Made by a program: the position numbers and the translations under genes | NCBI GenBank assembly: GCA_015522195.1 | Contig: WAMS01000042.1 | Location: 1-46,605, forward strand | DNA length: 46,605 nt | DNA from: Geoglobus sp. | GTDB lineage: Archaea > Halobacteriota > Archaeoglobi > Archaeoglobales > Archaeoglobaceae | Reading direction: 5' to 3' | Part shown: positions 29,079 through 39,922 of the stretch, one piece after another | Layout of the letters: every line of letters starts with the position of its first letter | Numbering within the stretch: position 1 is the first letter of the stretch | Notes under the pieces: generated by a model | The model's database searches: none | What the model was told of the DNA's origin: nothing | What the model saw: the letters and a program-made list of their open reading frames with translations, nothing else

Positions 29079-30428
29079 ATGAGACATGTCAGGGTTGCTG
29101 TTACAGTTGCAGGAAGCGACAGCATTGGTGGAGCAGGAATACAGGCTGATTTGAAGACTTTTGCATCATCTGGAGTTTATGGGGCTGCAGCAGTGACCGC
29201 GATAACAGCCCAGAACACTTTTGGTGTTACCAATTCAGTGATACTTCCAGGAAGAATGGTTTATGATCAGCTCAAGGCCATTGCAGATGACTCGGGCATT
29301 GATGCCGGAAAAACAGGAATGCTCGGAAATGAAGATGTCGTTGAGAGTGTTGTGAAATTTATCAAAGAATATGAATTTTCGCTCGTTGTCGATCCTGTAA
29401 TGATAGCAAAGAGCGGAGCCAGATTGCTTAGTGATGGAGGAATCGAAGCTCTGAAAAACAAACTAATTCCGCAGGCGTTCTGCGTAACACCAAACACAGA
29501 GGAAGTGGAAATTTTGACAGGAATGAAAATAAGGGATGCTGATGACATGGTTGTGGCTGGAGAGAAGATCGTTGATGAATTCGGATGTGCATCTGCTCTT
29601 GTCAAGGGAGGCCATTTGAAAGGAAAAGAGGTTGTCGATGTTCTCTGTTATAACGGGAAAGTCTACGAATTCAAATCAGAGAGAAAAGAGGGATGTTTTC
29701 ATGGAACAGGGTGCATGCTTTCAGCAGGTATAGCTGCAAATCTTGCCTTGGGGAAAAATATCTTGGAAGCTGTTGAAGCCGCCAGAAATGCTGTTTATGA
29801 GGGAATCATCTACTCTGTTCCTGCAGGAAGGAAATGTGATTCTGTAAATTCCATTGCTGTAATGGAACGAAGAGCCCTTGCTTACAAGATGATTCAGGAA
29901 ATGAATAATGCAATCAGGAAGCTTGAAAATCTGGAGGGAATTGAAAGTCTGATTCCTGAGGTTGGCATGAATCTCGTTTATGCAATGCCATTCCATTACT
30001 CAAAAACACCCGATGATGTTCTTGCCGTTGAAGGCAGAATATTCAGAGGCAAGGCTGGAATAGTTCATTCTGGCAGATTTGAGTTTGGTGCATCCCGTCA
30101 CCTCGCACGGGCTGTGCTGAGGTATATGATGCATTACCCTGACTTCAGATCTGCCATAAATCTGAGATACAGCGATGAACTTGTTGAGAAATTCAGTGAA
30201 ACTGGTTTTGCTGTTTCATTTTATGACAGAAGAGAGGAGCCTGAGGAAATAAAGAGGAAGGAGGGTGCAACAATTCCATGGGGGATAGGGAATGCAATTG
30301 AAAAATCTGAGGTAAGGCCAGATGTCATATATCACTCGGGTGATTACGGAAAGGAACCAATGGCTGTCGTCTTTGGGAGAAACCCGTCAGAAGTGGTGGA
30401 GAAAGTCAGTAGGCTGTTCTATGGATGA
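29079..30428 (+). CDS. thiD: Bifunctional HMP/HMP-P kinase and thiamine-phosphate synthase (ThiDN)
   Basis: AGSDSIGGAGIQADLK, VDPVM, VKGGH, HGTGC; ThiN domain IPEVGMN, FGASRHLAR, GKEPM. Confidence 0.95.
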   Translation: MRHVRVAVTVAGSDSIGGAGIQADLKTFASSGVYGAAAVTAITAQNTFGVTNSVILPGRMVYDQLKAIADDSGIDAGKTGMLGNEDVVESVVKFIKEYEFSLVVDPVMIAKSGARLLSDGGIEALKNKLIPQAFCVTPNTEEVEILTGMKIRDADDMVVAGEKIVDEFGCASALVKGGHLKGKEVVDVLCYNGKVYEFKSERKEGCFHGTGCMLSAGIAANLALGKNILEAVEAARNAVYEGIIYSVPAGRKCDSVNSIAVMERRALAYKMIQEMNNAIRKLENLEGIESLIPEVGMNLVYAMPFHYSKTPDDVLAVEGRIFRGKAGIVHSGRFEFGASRHLARAVLRYMMHYPDFRSAINLRYSDELVEKFSETGFAVSFYDRREEPEEIKRKEGATIPWGIGNAIEKSEVRPDVIYHSGDYGKEPMAVVFGRNPSEVVEKVSRLFYG

Positions 30429-30561
30429 TGATTGCTGAAGATTCAGCAAGAAGCGACCGAAAAACTGACATGAAGATATTTTTCAGGGCTGACTGTGTCT
30501 TGTTCTCAAAACCGCAAAGGTTAATAATTGAGCTGAAAACTGCCTCCTGGGGGTTTGAAAA

Positions 30562-31992
30562 ATGGGAAAGGTCAATATTATTGATCTGAGCCTCAGAGAC
30601 GGCCATCAGTCTCTTGCAGCAACGAGAATGAGAACGAGAGACATGATCCCTGTTCTTGAGCTGATTGACGAGGCTGGATTTTACAGCATAGAGATGTGGG
30701 GAGGAGCAACCTTCGATGTAATGCACCGCTTCCTCAATGAAAATCCCTGGGAAAGGATAAGAACTGTAAGAAAATATGTCAGGGAAACTCACTGCCAGAT
30801 GCTGCTGAGAGGCCAGAATCTTGTGGGCTACAGAAACTATTCAGATGATGTTGTGGAGAAATTTGTTCACAAGGCTGTTGAGAATGGAATCTCGTTCTTC
30901 AGGATATTTGATGCGTTGAATGATGTTAGAAATCTTGAGGTTTCAGTAAAATCTGCCAGAAAGTATGGTGCAGAGCATGTTCAGGGTTCAATTTGCTATG
31001 TAATCTCACCTGTCCACACCCTTGAAAAGTACATAGAAACAGCTGAAGAACTTTCAGCTCTTGAAGTTGACTCAATTGTAATAAAGGATATGGCAGGCAT
31101 GCTTTCCCCACACAAGGTTTACCAGCTTGTTAAGGCATTGAAGAAGGAGGTGGGGATTCCTGTTAATGTGCATTCCCACTACACAAGCGGTATGGCGACA
31201 ATGACGATGCTCAAGGCTGTTGAAGCTGGGGCTGAGATGATAGACACTGCCATGTCTCCATGGGCGTGCGGAACCTCACATCCACCAACAGAATCTCTTG
31301 TCTACGCTCTTGAAGAACTCGGATACAGTACTGGAGTCAGCATGGATGTTCTGATGGAGATAAGGAAACGTCTTCTTGAGGTGAGAGAAAAGTATGCAGG
31401 GTACATAAAGATGCTCTCAACCATTCCAGATACGAGAGTTCTGAAGTTCCAGATTCCAGGTGGGATGTTCTCCAACATGCTTTCGCAGCTTGAAGAGCAA
31501 AACGCTCTTGACAGGCTTGAGGAGGTACTTGAAGAGGTGCCGAGAGTTCAGGCAGATCTTGGATATCCGCCTCTCGTCACCCCAACATCTCAGATTGTGG
31601 GTGTGCAGGCTGTGCTGAATGTCCTGTTTGGAAGATACAAGATGGTCACAAAGGAGACGAAAGATCTGGTCAGGGGTATGTACGGCAGAACACCTGCTCC
31701 AATAAGTGATGAGATTGTCAGGCTCATTTTGAAGGACGAAAAGCCAATAACTGTGAGACCTGCAGATCTCATTGAGCCTGAATTTGAAAAGGCAAGACAG
31801 GAGCTCATTGAAGCTGGAATAAACAATCCGAGCGATGAGGATGTGCTGATTTATGCACTCTTCCCATCAACAGGTCTCAAATTCCTGAAAGGTGAGGCAA
31901 AGGAGGAACCGTTTCCGTCTGTTGCCGGGGATGTCAGAGGAGAATTTGAAGTTGAGATTGAGGGCAGAAAGTACATGGTAAAGGTGGAGTGA
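30562..31992 (+). CDS. pycB: Pyruvate carboxylase subunit B / oxaloacetate decarboxylase alpha, carboxyltransferase without biotinyl domain
   Basis: LRDGHQSL.ATRM, EMWGGATFD, IKDMAG, HSH, LGYPPLVTPTSQIVG; no AMKM motif. Confidence 0.9.
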   Translation: MGKVNIIDLSLRDGHQSLAATRMRTRDMIPVLELIDEAGFYSIEMWGGATFDVMHRFLNENPWERIRTVRKYVRETHCQMLLRGQNLVGYRNYSDDVVEKFVHKAVENGISFFRIFDALNDVRNLEVSVKSARKYGAEHVQGSICYVISPVHTLEKYIETAEELSALEVDSIVIKDMAGMLSPHKVYQLVKALKKEVGIPVNVHSHYTSGMATMTMLKAVEAGAEMIDTAMSPWACGTSHPPTESLVYALEELGYSTGVSMDVLMEIRKRLLEVREKYAGYIKMLSTIPDTRVLKFQIPGGMFSNMLSQLEEQNALDRLEEVLEEVPRVQADLGYPPLVTPTSQIVGVQAVLNVLFGRYKMVTKETKDLVRGMYGRTPAPISDEIVRLILKDEKPITVRPADLIEPEFEKARQELIEAGINNPSDEDVLIYALFPSTGLKFLKGEAKEEPFPSVAGDVRGEFEVEIEGRKYMVKVE

Positions 31993-32069
31993 ACTGCATC
32001 GGAAACATGAAAATCAGAAGCATCAGGGCTTCGAAAAATAATTTAAATTATCTCTCCCATTCCTGAACC

Positions 32070-32858
32070 ATGAGGTTTGCTGTGTCAGCTGTTCAGTGCA
32101 GAGTAGGTGGAAGAGATAGCTTTAAAAGTGCAGAAAAGATAATTTCCACATCCAAGTCCAGTTTGTACCTTCTTCCGGAATATTTCTCATATCCTGTTGG
32201 TGATAGAAGTCTTGAAACTTCAGAAAAAACACTTGAGTGGCTGGAAAAAATGAGCAGAGAACACTCCACAGTCATTGCTGGAAACATCATCAGAAAGGGT
32301 GATGATGGTTATTACAACACACTCTATATTTTTCACTCCGGAGACCTGATCGGTTATCAGGACAAAATTCATCCAACGATGAGCGAGAGGGAGCTTGGAA
32401 TAAAGTGCGGGAAAAAGCTCGAAATATTTGAAATTTCAGGGGTTAAGATTTCGGTCCTGATATGTGCGGACATACTCTACCCCGAACTCTGCAGAATTCC
32501 GGGGTTAAGGAAAGTTGACATCGTTCTCAATCCGGTAGTATCTTTTAAGAAATCCGAACTGCCAGCCCAGGAGTACAGATACTGCCTCTACTTCACAAGA
32601 TCATTTGACAACAGCTATGCCATTGTAAAGGCAGGAGGATTTGGAAAGACCTTCCTGGGGGAGATGTGTGTTGGGAGAAGCCTGATATCCATGCCTGACG
32701 GCATCGTGGCAAAATACAGTAATGAGGAGAGGGAGGAGATTGTAAGCGCTGAGATAGACCTGAAAAAGCTTGAAGAATTCAGGAAAGTTAATTACTCCTT
32801 GAGAGACAGAAATCCAGAAGCTCTGAGAGATCTGCTGGGTGGAGGAATTGAATGCTGA
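32070..32858 (+). CDS. Carbon-nitrogen hydrolase (nitrilase family)
   Basis: E-K-C triad: LPEY, QDKIH, LICAD. Confidence 0.9.
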   Translation: MRFAVSAVQCRVGGRDSFKSAEKIISTSKSSLYLLPEYFSYPVGDRSLETSEKTLEWLEKMSREHSTVIAGNIIRKGDDGYYNTLYIFHSGDLIGYQDKIHPTMSERELGIKCGKKLEIFEISGVKISVLICADILYPELCRIPGLRKVDIVLNPVVSFKKSELPAQEYRYCLYFTRSFDNSYAIVKAGGFGKTFLGEMCVGRSLISMPDGIVAKYSNEEREEIVSAEIDLKKLEEFRKVNYSLRDRNPEALRDLLGGGIEC

Positions 32859-33625
32859 GAGCGGCATTCAAGCACGCCTATTTTGGCTGGAATTTTCACG
32901 GAAATCAGTACCAGCCCCACATCAGAACGGTTGATGGTGAGATTTTCAGAGCCCTGAAAAGGATGGGAATGGATGCGAGAGAAAGGAAATACAGAATTGC
33001 TGGAAGAACAGATGCTGGAGTGAGTGCACTGGGGAATGTATTTTCCTTAAATCTCGATTCCTTCGATCCATGGTTTATCAGGGCCCTCAACGCAAATCTA
33101 CCCGATGACATAGCTGTCTGGGGGTATGCTCTGGTTGATGAAAAATTCAATCCCAGAAATGCTGAATCAAGGGTCTACAGGTACGTCATGTTAGACGAAG
33201 GATACGATCTTGATGCGATGAAAGATGCTGCAAAAATTCTTGCTGGCAGACATGATTTTTCAGGGTTTGCAAAGGCATGCAGACCATGTATCAGGGAAAT
33301 TTATGTTTCCGAGATAACAAAACACGGTGATTTTGTTGTATATACTGTCGAGGGGAATGCATTTGCATGGAACATGGTGAGGAAGATTGTCACGGCTCTG
33401 AAAATGGCTGGACGGGATGCAAACGCTGAGATTGTTGAAAGAATTCTTGAGGGAAATTCAATCCCTTTGAAACCAGCAAGTCCCTATGGCCTGATTCTCT
33501 TGGATGTAAGGTACTCCTTCGAGTTCGAGAGGGAAGAGAAAGCATTTTCGATGTTACAGAGAAAAATTGAGGAAAACATGAGGAAATATGCTCAGTTCTA
33601 CGGAGTTCTCAGGTTTCTCAGGTAA
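32852..33625 (+). CDS. truA: tRNA pseudouridine(38-40) synthase
   Basis: FHGNQYQP, AGRTDAGVSA, GRHDFSGF, FAWNMVRKIV. Confidence 0.95.
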   Translation: MLRAAFKHAYFGWNFHGNQYQPHIRTVDGEIFRALKRMGMDARERKYRIAGRTDAGVSALGNVFSLNLDSFDPWFIRALNANLPDDIAVWGYALVDEKFNPRNAESRVYRYVMLDEGYDLDAMKDAAKILAGRHDFSGFAKACRPCIREIYVSEITKHGDFVVYTVEGNAFAWNMVRKIVTALKMAGRDANAEIVERILEGNSIPLKPASPYGLILLDVRYSFEFEREEKAFSMLQRKIEENMRKYAQFYGVLRFLR

Positions 33626-34347
33626 TCCCTGACAGTTTCGTGAACCTCAACAACTTCTCCGATGATGATAATGGCAGGAGCCTCAACTTTCTCTCTCTCA
33701 GCAATTTCAGCAATATCTGAAAGTTTTCCCTTTATAACCCTCTGCTTTTCCGTTGTTCCTTTCTCTATCACTGCCACAGGCGTATCGGGGCTTTTACCGT
33801 GTTTGATCAGTCTTTCGGCATTCTCCTTCAGGCTGGATACCCCCATCAGCATCACTATGGTGGCGTTAAGCCTTGCAAGAGCATCCCAGTTCAGTCTTTC
33901 CCTTTCCTGCTTTCCCGTTATAAAAATCAGGGCTGGATCAAATCTTCTGTGAGTGACAGGAATGCCAGCGTAGGCCGGAACGGCTATAGCTGATGTTATT
34001 CCGGGAACAACTTCAAACTCTATTTTATTCTCTGCCAGAATCTCTATCTCCTCGCCACCTCTTCCGAAAACAAAAGGGTCGCCACCTTTTAGCCTTACAA
34101 CCTTTTCATGCTTTCTGCCGTATTCAACAAGCAGTCTGTTGATCTCTTCCTGCTTTTTTCTGTGTTTTCCTGATCTCTTGCCAACATCTACAAGCATAGC
34201 CCTGCTCTCCTTTTTTAAAAGCTCTTTTATATCATCACCTATGAGCTCATCATAGAGTATGACATCGGCCTCCCTTATGAGCTTCAATGCCTTCAAAGTG
34301 AGAAGTTCCGGATCTCCGGGGCCGGCGCCTACAATGTAAACGGTCAA
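33598..34347 (-). CDS. cobA: Uroporphyrinogen-III C-methyltransferase
   Basis: VGAGPGDPELLT, RLKGGDPFVFGRGGEE, VPGITSA. Confidence 0.96.
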   Translation of the reverse strand: MTVYIVGAGPGDPELLTLKALKLIREADVILYDELIGDDIKELLKKESRAMLVDVGKRSGKHRKKQEEINRLLVEYGRKHEKVVRLKGGDPFVFGRGGEEIEILAENKIEFEVVPGITSAIAVPAYAGIPVTHRRFDPALIFITGKQERERLNWDALARLNATIVMLMGVSSLKENAERLIKHGKSPDTPVAVIEKGTTEKQRVIKGKLSDIAEIAEREKVEAPAIIIIGEVVEVHETVRDYLRNLRTP

Positions 34348-35219
34348 ATCACAACACCCTTCAGAATTTCACCAAGTTCTTCATACGAATAATGGAAATC
34401 AAGCTTTTCATCGGTTCTGAACCTCACAGTACCGTTTTCATGGAGGATCTCGCACAGAAGTCTTATTTTTCTGCCAGTAACCCTGGCAAAAACCCCTGCA
34501 GGTATGGCACACCCGATTCCAAGCTTATTTATAACGAACCTCTCCAGCACTGCTTCTCTGTATGTTTTCTCATGATTCATGAAGCTGAACCTTTCCGAGT
34601 CTTCCTCTCTCGATGCGACCGCAATTATACCCTGATTTGCTGAAGGCACGAATACCTCAGGATCCATTCTCTCGTACCTGACTTTAACATCCCAGCCCAG
34701 TCTGATAAGTCCAGCTTCTGCCAGAAATATTCCGTCATATACTCCTTCATCAAGCTTTCTGAGTCTTGTGTCCACGTTTCCCCTCAGATTTTCTATTCTG
34801 AGATCTCTTCTGAGCTTTTTAACCATCGCTTTTCTTCTCAGGGATGATGTGCCTATGATAGAATTGCTTTCAAGGTCTTCAAATTTCATTCCATTTTTTG
34901 AGATGAACGCATCACACGGAGACTCTCTTTCAAGCACTGCTGCAATGGCTGTCCCCTCAACTCTGTCAGTCGGAACATCCTTAAGGCTGTGAACAGCAAG
35001 GTCTATCTCCCCTCTCCTCAACGAAAGATCTATCTCTCTAACAAAGGCACCGATACCCTTGAATTCATGCAGAGGTCTGTCTCTCTTTATGTCACCTGAT
35101 GTTCTGATAATTTTCACATCTACCTCGAATCCCTCCTTTTCAAGAATCTTCTTCACCTTTTCAGTCTGTACCAGAGCTAATCTGCTTCCCCTTGTTCCGA
35201 TCACAACTCTTTCAGGCAT
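34344..35219 (-). CDS. hemC: Hydroxymethylbilane synthase
   Basis: [32 protein letters not shown]. Confidence 0.97.
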   Translation of the reverse strand: MPERVVIGTRGSRLALVQTEKVKKILEKEGFEVDVKIIRTSGDIKRDRPLHEFKGIGAFVREIDLSLRRGEIDLAVHSLKDVPTDRVEGTAIAAVLERESPCDAFISKNGMKFEDLESNSIIGTSSLRRKAMVKKLRRDLRIENLRGNVDTRLRKLDEGVYDGIFLAEAGLIRLGWDVKVRYERMDPEVFVPSANQGIIAVASREEDSERFSFMNHEKTYREAVLERFVINKLGIGCAIPAGVFARVTGRKIRLLCEILHENGTVRFRTDEKLDFHYSYEELGEILKGVVI

Positions 35220-36472
35220 GATGCCATCACTTCTGCAGTTCCTTCAACATCCTCATCGCTGTGGGCAGTGCTCATGAAGCACGTTTCATACTGGGAGGGA
35301 GGGAGAAAAACACCTTTTTCAAGCATCTTCCAGTAGAACTTCATGAATTTCTCGCTGTCAAGTTTCAGGGCGGAGGTGTAATCTTTTGGCTTCCCCCCAA
35401 AGTAGATGCAGAACATCGACTCAATGAAGCCAACACTGATATTCACGCCCCTATCTTCAACAGAATCTATCACAGCACTGACAAGCTTCTCCGTCTTCCT
35501 TTTCAATTCTCTGTAAGGCTTTTCTTCCTGAAGTATTCTGACGGTTGTGTATCCTGCTGCAAGGCTTATCGGATTTCCGCTGAATGTTCCCGCATGATAG
35601 ACTTTTCCAGATGGGGAGAGGTTTTCCATTATCTCTCTCCTGCCACCAACAATCCCAATTGGAAAGCCTCCTCCCGCTATCTTTCCGAGGGTTGTGATGT
35701 CGGGCTTCACTCCATAATACTCCTGTGCTCCACCCAGGGCCAGTCTGAAGCCTGTTATGACCTCATCAAATATGAGGAGGACGTCGTTCTCTTGGGTAAT
35801 CTTTCTGACATCTTTCAGATAATTTTCTTCAGGAAGTATGAGAGATGCGTTGCCCATGACTGGTTCAAGGATGAGTGCAGCAACCTCCTCCTTCTGATTT
35901 TCAATAATCTCAGCCAGTTTTTCTGTATCGTTGTACGGAACCTGAAGGGTGCTGATCACAAACTCCTCAGGAATGCCTGCTGAATTCGGAATGCCATGGG
36001 TTGTTGCTCCACTTCCCGCCTTTACAAGAACGGAATCATGAGCTCCGTGAAAACCTCCCTCGATCTTTATAAACTTCTTTCCTCCTGTAAATCCCTTTGC
36101 AAGTCTCAAAGCAGTCATTGTAGCCTCGGCTCCAGTATTGGCAAATCTCACCATATCTATGGATGGATACAGGCTGGATATCAGCTCTGCATACAGGATT
36201 TCAAGCTCAACAGGGGTGCCGTAGATCCATCCATCCTCAAGCCTTTCTCTGACAGCATCCATAACCCTCTGATCTCTGTGTCCGAGAATCAATGGCCCGT
36301 AGGCCATGCAGTAGTCTATGTATTCATTTCCATCAGCATCGTAAATTTTTGAACCTCTTGCCATGGATGTGTAGAAGGGAAATGGCTTTACTGCCCTGAC
36401 AGGACTGCTCACACCACCCGGCATCAGGGTTTTTGCCCTTTCAAAAAGAGTCCTTGATCTCTCCCACATCAC
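35201..36472 (-). CDS. hemL: Glutamate-1-semialdehyde 2,1-aminomutase
   Basis: [33 protein letters not shown]. Confidence 0.97.
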   Translation of the reverse strand: MMWERSRTLFERAKTLMPGGVSSPVRAVKPFPFYTSMARGSKIYDADGNEYIDYCMAYGPLILGHRDQRVMDAVRERLEDGWIYGTPVELEILYAELISSLYPSIDMVRFANTGAEATMTALRLAKGFTGGKKFIKIEGGFHGAHDSVLVKAGSGATTHGIPNSAGIPEEFVISTLQVPYNDTEKLAEIIENQKEEVAALILEPVMGNASLILPEENYLKDVRKITQENDVLLIFDEVITGFRLALGGAQEYYGVKPDITTLGKIAGGGFPIGIVGGRREIMENLSPSGKVYHAGTFSGNPISLAAGYTTVRILQEEKPYRELKRKTEKLVSAVIDSVEDRGVNISVGFIESMFCIYFGGKPKDYTSALKLDSEKFMKFYWKMLEKGVFLPPSQYETCFMSTAHSDEDVEGTAEVMASCLKEL

Positions 36473-37434
36473 AATACCTCCGCAATATCCTTTGCGTGAT
36501 AGGTTATGATCAGATCAGCGCCGGCCCTCTTTATTGAAACAAGGATTTCATAGGCAATGTCTATCTCATCAAGCCACCCCATCCTGGCGGCGGCCTTGAC
36601 CATCGAATACTCTCCACTCACGTTGTAGGCTGCAACCGGGACATTGAATCTCTCCTTCACCCTCCTTATTATGTCAAGGTAACTCAAGGCTGGTTTCACC
36701 ATAACAATGTCTGCTCCTTCCTTTAAATCGAGTTCAACCTCTCTCAAAGCCTCATCACTGTTGTGGATGTCCATCTGATATCCCTTCCTGTCCCCGAATT
36801 TAAAGCCAGAATCCGCTGCCTCTCTGAAGGGTCCGTAAAATGCTGAGGCATATTTGGCTGAGTAGCTCATTATTGCAATGTTTTCAAATCCGTTCTCATC
36901 CAAAGCGTTCCTTATGGCCTTTACCATTCCATCCATCATTCCGGAAGGAGCTACAATATCCGCACCAGCCTTTGCATGGCTGACAGCTATTTTTCCCAGA
37001 ACTGGAAGTGTTGCATCGTTCAGAATCTCTCCATCCCTCACGATCCCGCAGTGTCCATGAGTTGTGTACTCGCACAGACAGACATCTGTTATGAGGACAG
37101 CATCCCCATGCTCCTTTCTTGCATTTCTCAAGGCCTTCTGGATAACACCATCATCATCAAAGGCTGATGTGGCGATTTCATCCTTGCTGGATGGGATTCC
37201 GAAAAAGATGAATGCCCTTATGCCAGCCTCCATTGCCTTCCCAATTTCATCTGAAATCTGACTGAGAGGTATTCTGAAGTAACCCGGCATTGAGGGAATT
37301 TCTTGTTTTGAGGAGATGTTTTCATCAACAAAAACAGGCATTATGAGATCATCTTTTGACAGAGCGCTCTCCTTTAAAAGGGGTCTCAGCTTTGTCTTTC
37401 TCAATCTCCTCATTCTGAGCTTCGGAAACTCCAC
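36469..37434 (-). CDS. hemB: Porphobilinogen synthase
   Basis: [32 protein letters not shown]; GTG start at 37434 after GGAGGTGA. Confidence 0.96.
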   Translation of the reverse strand: MEFPKLRMRRLRKTKLRPLLKESALSKDDLIMPVFVDENISSKQEIPSMPGYFRIPLSQISDEIGKAMEAGIRAFIFFGIPSSKDEIATSAFDDDGVIQKALRNARKEHGDAVLITDVCLCEYTTHGHCGIVRDGEILNDATLPVLGKIAVSHAKAGADIVAPSGMMDGMVKAIRNALDENGFENIAIMSYSAKYASAFYGPFREAADSGFKFGDRKGYQMDIHNSDEALREVELDLKEGADIVMVKPALSYLDIIRRVKERFNVPVAAYNVSGEYSMVKAAARMGWLDEIDIAYEILVSIKRAGADLIITYHAKDIAEVL

Positions 37435-38677
37435 CTGTGTCACCTCCAAAAAGATACTCAACTGCGTCAATTACATCAATTCCACCATTTCTTGCGGCCA
37501 TCCTTATTCTGACTGTGGGCTGTCTCAGGTATTTTTTTATAAGAGAGCCTGCAAAACTCTCTATGATGGGGAGAGCACTTTCATCTATTCCATATCTTGA
37601 CCTGAGTTTGTGGTAAAGTTCGAGCACCTCTTCGTTTTTGATGTAATCTGCATGGGAGTACATCATGCATATTGCATTTTTTGCTTTCAGTTCCTTTAAC
37701 ATCTCCATCAAATGGTCAAGTTCCTTTTTAACGATTTTTTCAGCTTTTTCTGCCTCTTTAAGTCTTTTTTTGAGATTCTCCCTGCTTATCTCTCTCAGAT
37801 CGTCTATTGTGTAAAGCATTATTCCGTTGACATCTCCAACAGAATTTTCGGTATCTCTCGGAAGAGCTATATCTATAACAAGAAGCTGCTCCTTTCTCAC
37901 ATTCATAATTCTTTCGACCATATCTTTTGTGATAACGTAATGGGGGGCTGACGTGGCAGTTATCACAAGATCGACTTCCACCATGTATTTTTCTATTCTA
38001 TCGAAGGGTATTACCCTTGCATTTCTCCCGATCTCATCTGCAAGCCTTTCACCTCTTTTTCTGGTTCTGTTTGCAATGTATATCTTTTCAAGGTCTTTAT
38101 GTGAGAGTGCCTTTGCAACAAGCCTCCCCATCTCACCTGCACCGATCAGCATGGCTTTTTTTCCTATGAGGCTGGAAAGTTTTCTTTCTGCAAGCTCGAC
38201 AGCAGCGCTCCCGATGCTAACAGCTCCTTTATTTATTTTTGTCATTCTTCTTACCTTCTTTCCCACCTGTATTGCCTTTGTAAAAACAGTATCCAGAACC
38301 TCTCCAATGCTTCCTGATTCCTTTCCGAGGTTGTAAAAGTTCTTAACCTGGCCAAGAATCTGATCTTCTCCAACCATCATGGATTCCAGGCCGGAAGCTA
38401 CCCTTAAAAGGTGTTCAAGGGAATCTCTGCCTCTGTGGATTTCAATAATCCTTTCAGGCACCCCCATCTTTCCTGCAAAATCTTTCAGAATTTCGATAAC
38501 ATTTCTCCCATAAACGTAAACCTCAACCCTGTTGCAGGTTAGAAGAATTGCACACTCCCTGATTTCAGGATATGACATCACCCTGCCAATAAGCTGTTTA
38601 AAATCCCCATGCCAGGCTTTCTGAATATCTTCAATTGAAGCTTTTCTGTGTGAGATGACAAGATTTGCTATTTCCAT
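37349..38677 (-). CDS. hemA: Glutamyl-tRNA reductase
   Basis: [34 protein letters not shown]. Confidence 0.97.
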   Translation of the reverse strand: MEIANLVISHRKASIEDIQKAWHGDFKQLIGRVMSYPEIRECAILLTCNRVEVYVYGRNVIEILKDFAGKMGVPERIIEIHRGRDSLEHLLRVASGLESMMVGEDQILGQVKNFYNLGKESGSIGEVLDTVFTKAIQVGKKVRRMTKINKGAVSIGSAAVELAERKLSSLIGKKAMLIGAGEMGRLVAKALSHKDLEKIYIANRTRKRGERLADEIGRNARVIPFDRIEKYMVEVDLVITATSAPHYVITKDMVERIMNVRKEQLLVIDIALPRDTENSVGDVNGIMLYTIDDLREISRENLKKRLKEAEKAEKIVKKELDHLMEMLKELKAKNAICMMYSHADYIKNEEVLELYHKLRSRYGIDESALPIIESFAGSLIKKYLRQPTVRIRMAARNGGIDVIDAVEYLFGGDTGGVSEAQNEEIEKDKAETPFKGERSVKR

Positions 38678-38833
38678 TGAAGATCAGTTTGTTTTCCTGT
38701 TTTAAAATCTTTTTGGGAGTCATTATGAGAAACAGATAGTTCAGAGAAAAGAAAAAACACAGTTACAAACGCAAACCCTTCTGCAAGGAGCAGGCAAGCT
38801 GGATTGGCACGCCACAGACAGTACCCTTCAGGC

Positions 38834-39016
38834 TCAGGTCTTCGCTCCTGCTATGCTTTTTGGACTCCTCTTTATCCTTCTCCTTCTCAGGCCATCGGAA
38901 GTGTACTTCTGATTGGGGCCTGGCTTTTTGTACGTCTGATATTTTGGAGGGACCAGTCTCTGGCCACCCTTTCTGTTCTTTATTTTAATCCACTGTGTTG
39001 TTCCTGTTTTACCCAT
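38834..39016 (-). CDS. Small basic conserved archaeal protein (DUF5350-like)
   Basis: MGKTG..W.KIK.RKG..R...KKPGPNQ pattern recalled from euryarchaeal DUF5350; 60 aa, very K/R-rich. Confidence 0.75.
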   Translation of the reverse strand: MGKTGTTQWIKIKNRKGGQRLVPPKYQTYKKPGPNQKYTSDGLRRRRIKRSPKSIAGAKT

Positions 39017-39157
39017 GGTCAGGCTAGCGGTGAAGTACTTAAAAAAATTTTGGTAACAGCACCAAGTTCTCGCGGATGTTTCACGGCAAGTAACCGGAAA
39101 AATCCTTTAATAGATCATGCAAAATAATAAATACCGAGAATCAGAAAATAATACAGG

Positions 39158-39673
39158 ATGGTCAGAAGAGCCAAACTGGTCAATGATGTTGTGGAACTTG
39201 TCCCTGTTCTGCAGTTATTCTCAACGGAAACCTACAGAAAGGTTTACGAAACCCTTCTTACTGAATGGAAAACTCTGAGTGAGCTCAGGACTTTATTCGG
39301 TGATGGTGCTGATGAGGCTTTGAAGATTCTCAAAAATGCAGGAATGCTTGAGGTAAAGTGGAGAATGCCGGAAAACCCATCTTCAAAGCCTGAAAAGGAA
39401 TATCATGTAAGTTACACACATCTCAGCATAAATGTCTACATTTCGCTCAAGGATTTCAATGTTATTCTCAATGCAATTTTTATGGCTGAAGACGAGGAGA
39501 GTGAAGTGGTTGAAAGGATAATGGAACAGATAAGCAGAGGCAGAATGTCGGTTCAGCATATAAGCAGGGAAACGGGGTTTGACAGTCTCTTTGTAAGAGC
39601 TGTTGCAAAGAAATCACTGAGGCTGAATCTGAAAGGACAGCTTGTTGAGCCTGTAAAACATGAAGAGATATAA
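39158..39673 (+). CDS. Archaeal ArsR-like transcriptional regulator (COG4860-like)
   Basis: LVND..ELVP.LQ.F, L..LK.AG.LE.KWRMP...KPEKEYH.SY. Confidence 0.8.
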   Translation: MVRRAKLVNDVVELVPVLQLFSTETYRKVYETLLTEWKTLSELRTLFGDGADEALKILKNAGMLEVKWRMPENPSSKPEKEYHVSYTHLSINVYISLKDFNVILNAIFMAEDEESEVVERIMEQISRGRMSVQHISRETGFDSLFVRAVAKKSLRLNLKGQLVEPVKHEEI

Positions 39674-39899
39674 CATAAAAAACATTCTTGATAAATTCAG
39701 ATGGCATCCTGACTACGATTTTTCAAAGGTTTCTATGAGATATGTGGACAGACCGAAGGGTTTTTCAGAGATTTCAGGCAGTCAAATTCAGGATATTGGA
39801 CACAAATTTGTCTATACATCTACCGCAGCAATACCCCACCACAGGATCGTTGAGATCAGATATGAGGGCAGACCTGTGTGGAAAAGGCAAAGTTATTAA
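39660..39899 (+). CDS. DUF504/MJ1316-family RNA-repair-associated protein
   Basis: ILDKFRWHP, Y.DR, IPHHRIVEI...G..VW. Confidence 0.85.
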   Translation: MKRYNIKNILDKFRWHPDYDFSKVSMRYVDRPKGFSEISGSQIQDIGHKFVYTSTAAIPHHRIVEIRYEGRPVWKRQSY

Positions 39900-39922
39900 A
39901 ATATCTTCTGTGAGTTTTTTCA

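Noticed and set aside
38765-38833. Moderately GC-rich stretch downstream of the DUF5350-like gene as an sRNA
   Set aside because: No convincing C/D boxes, ACA-terminated hairpin or long stem could be established by eye
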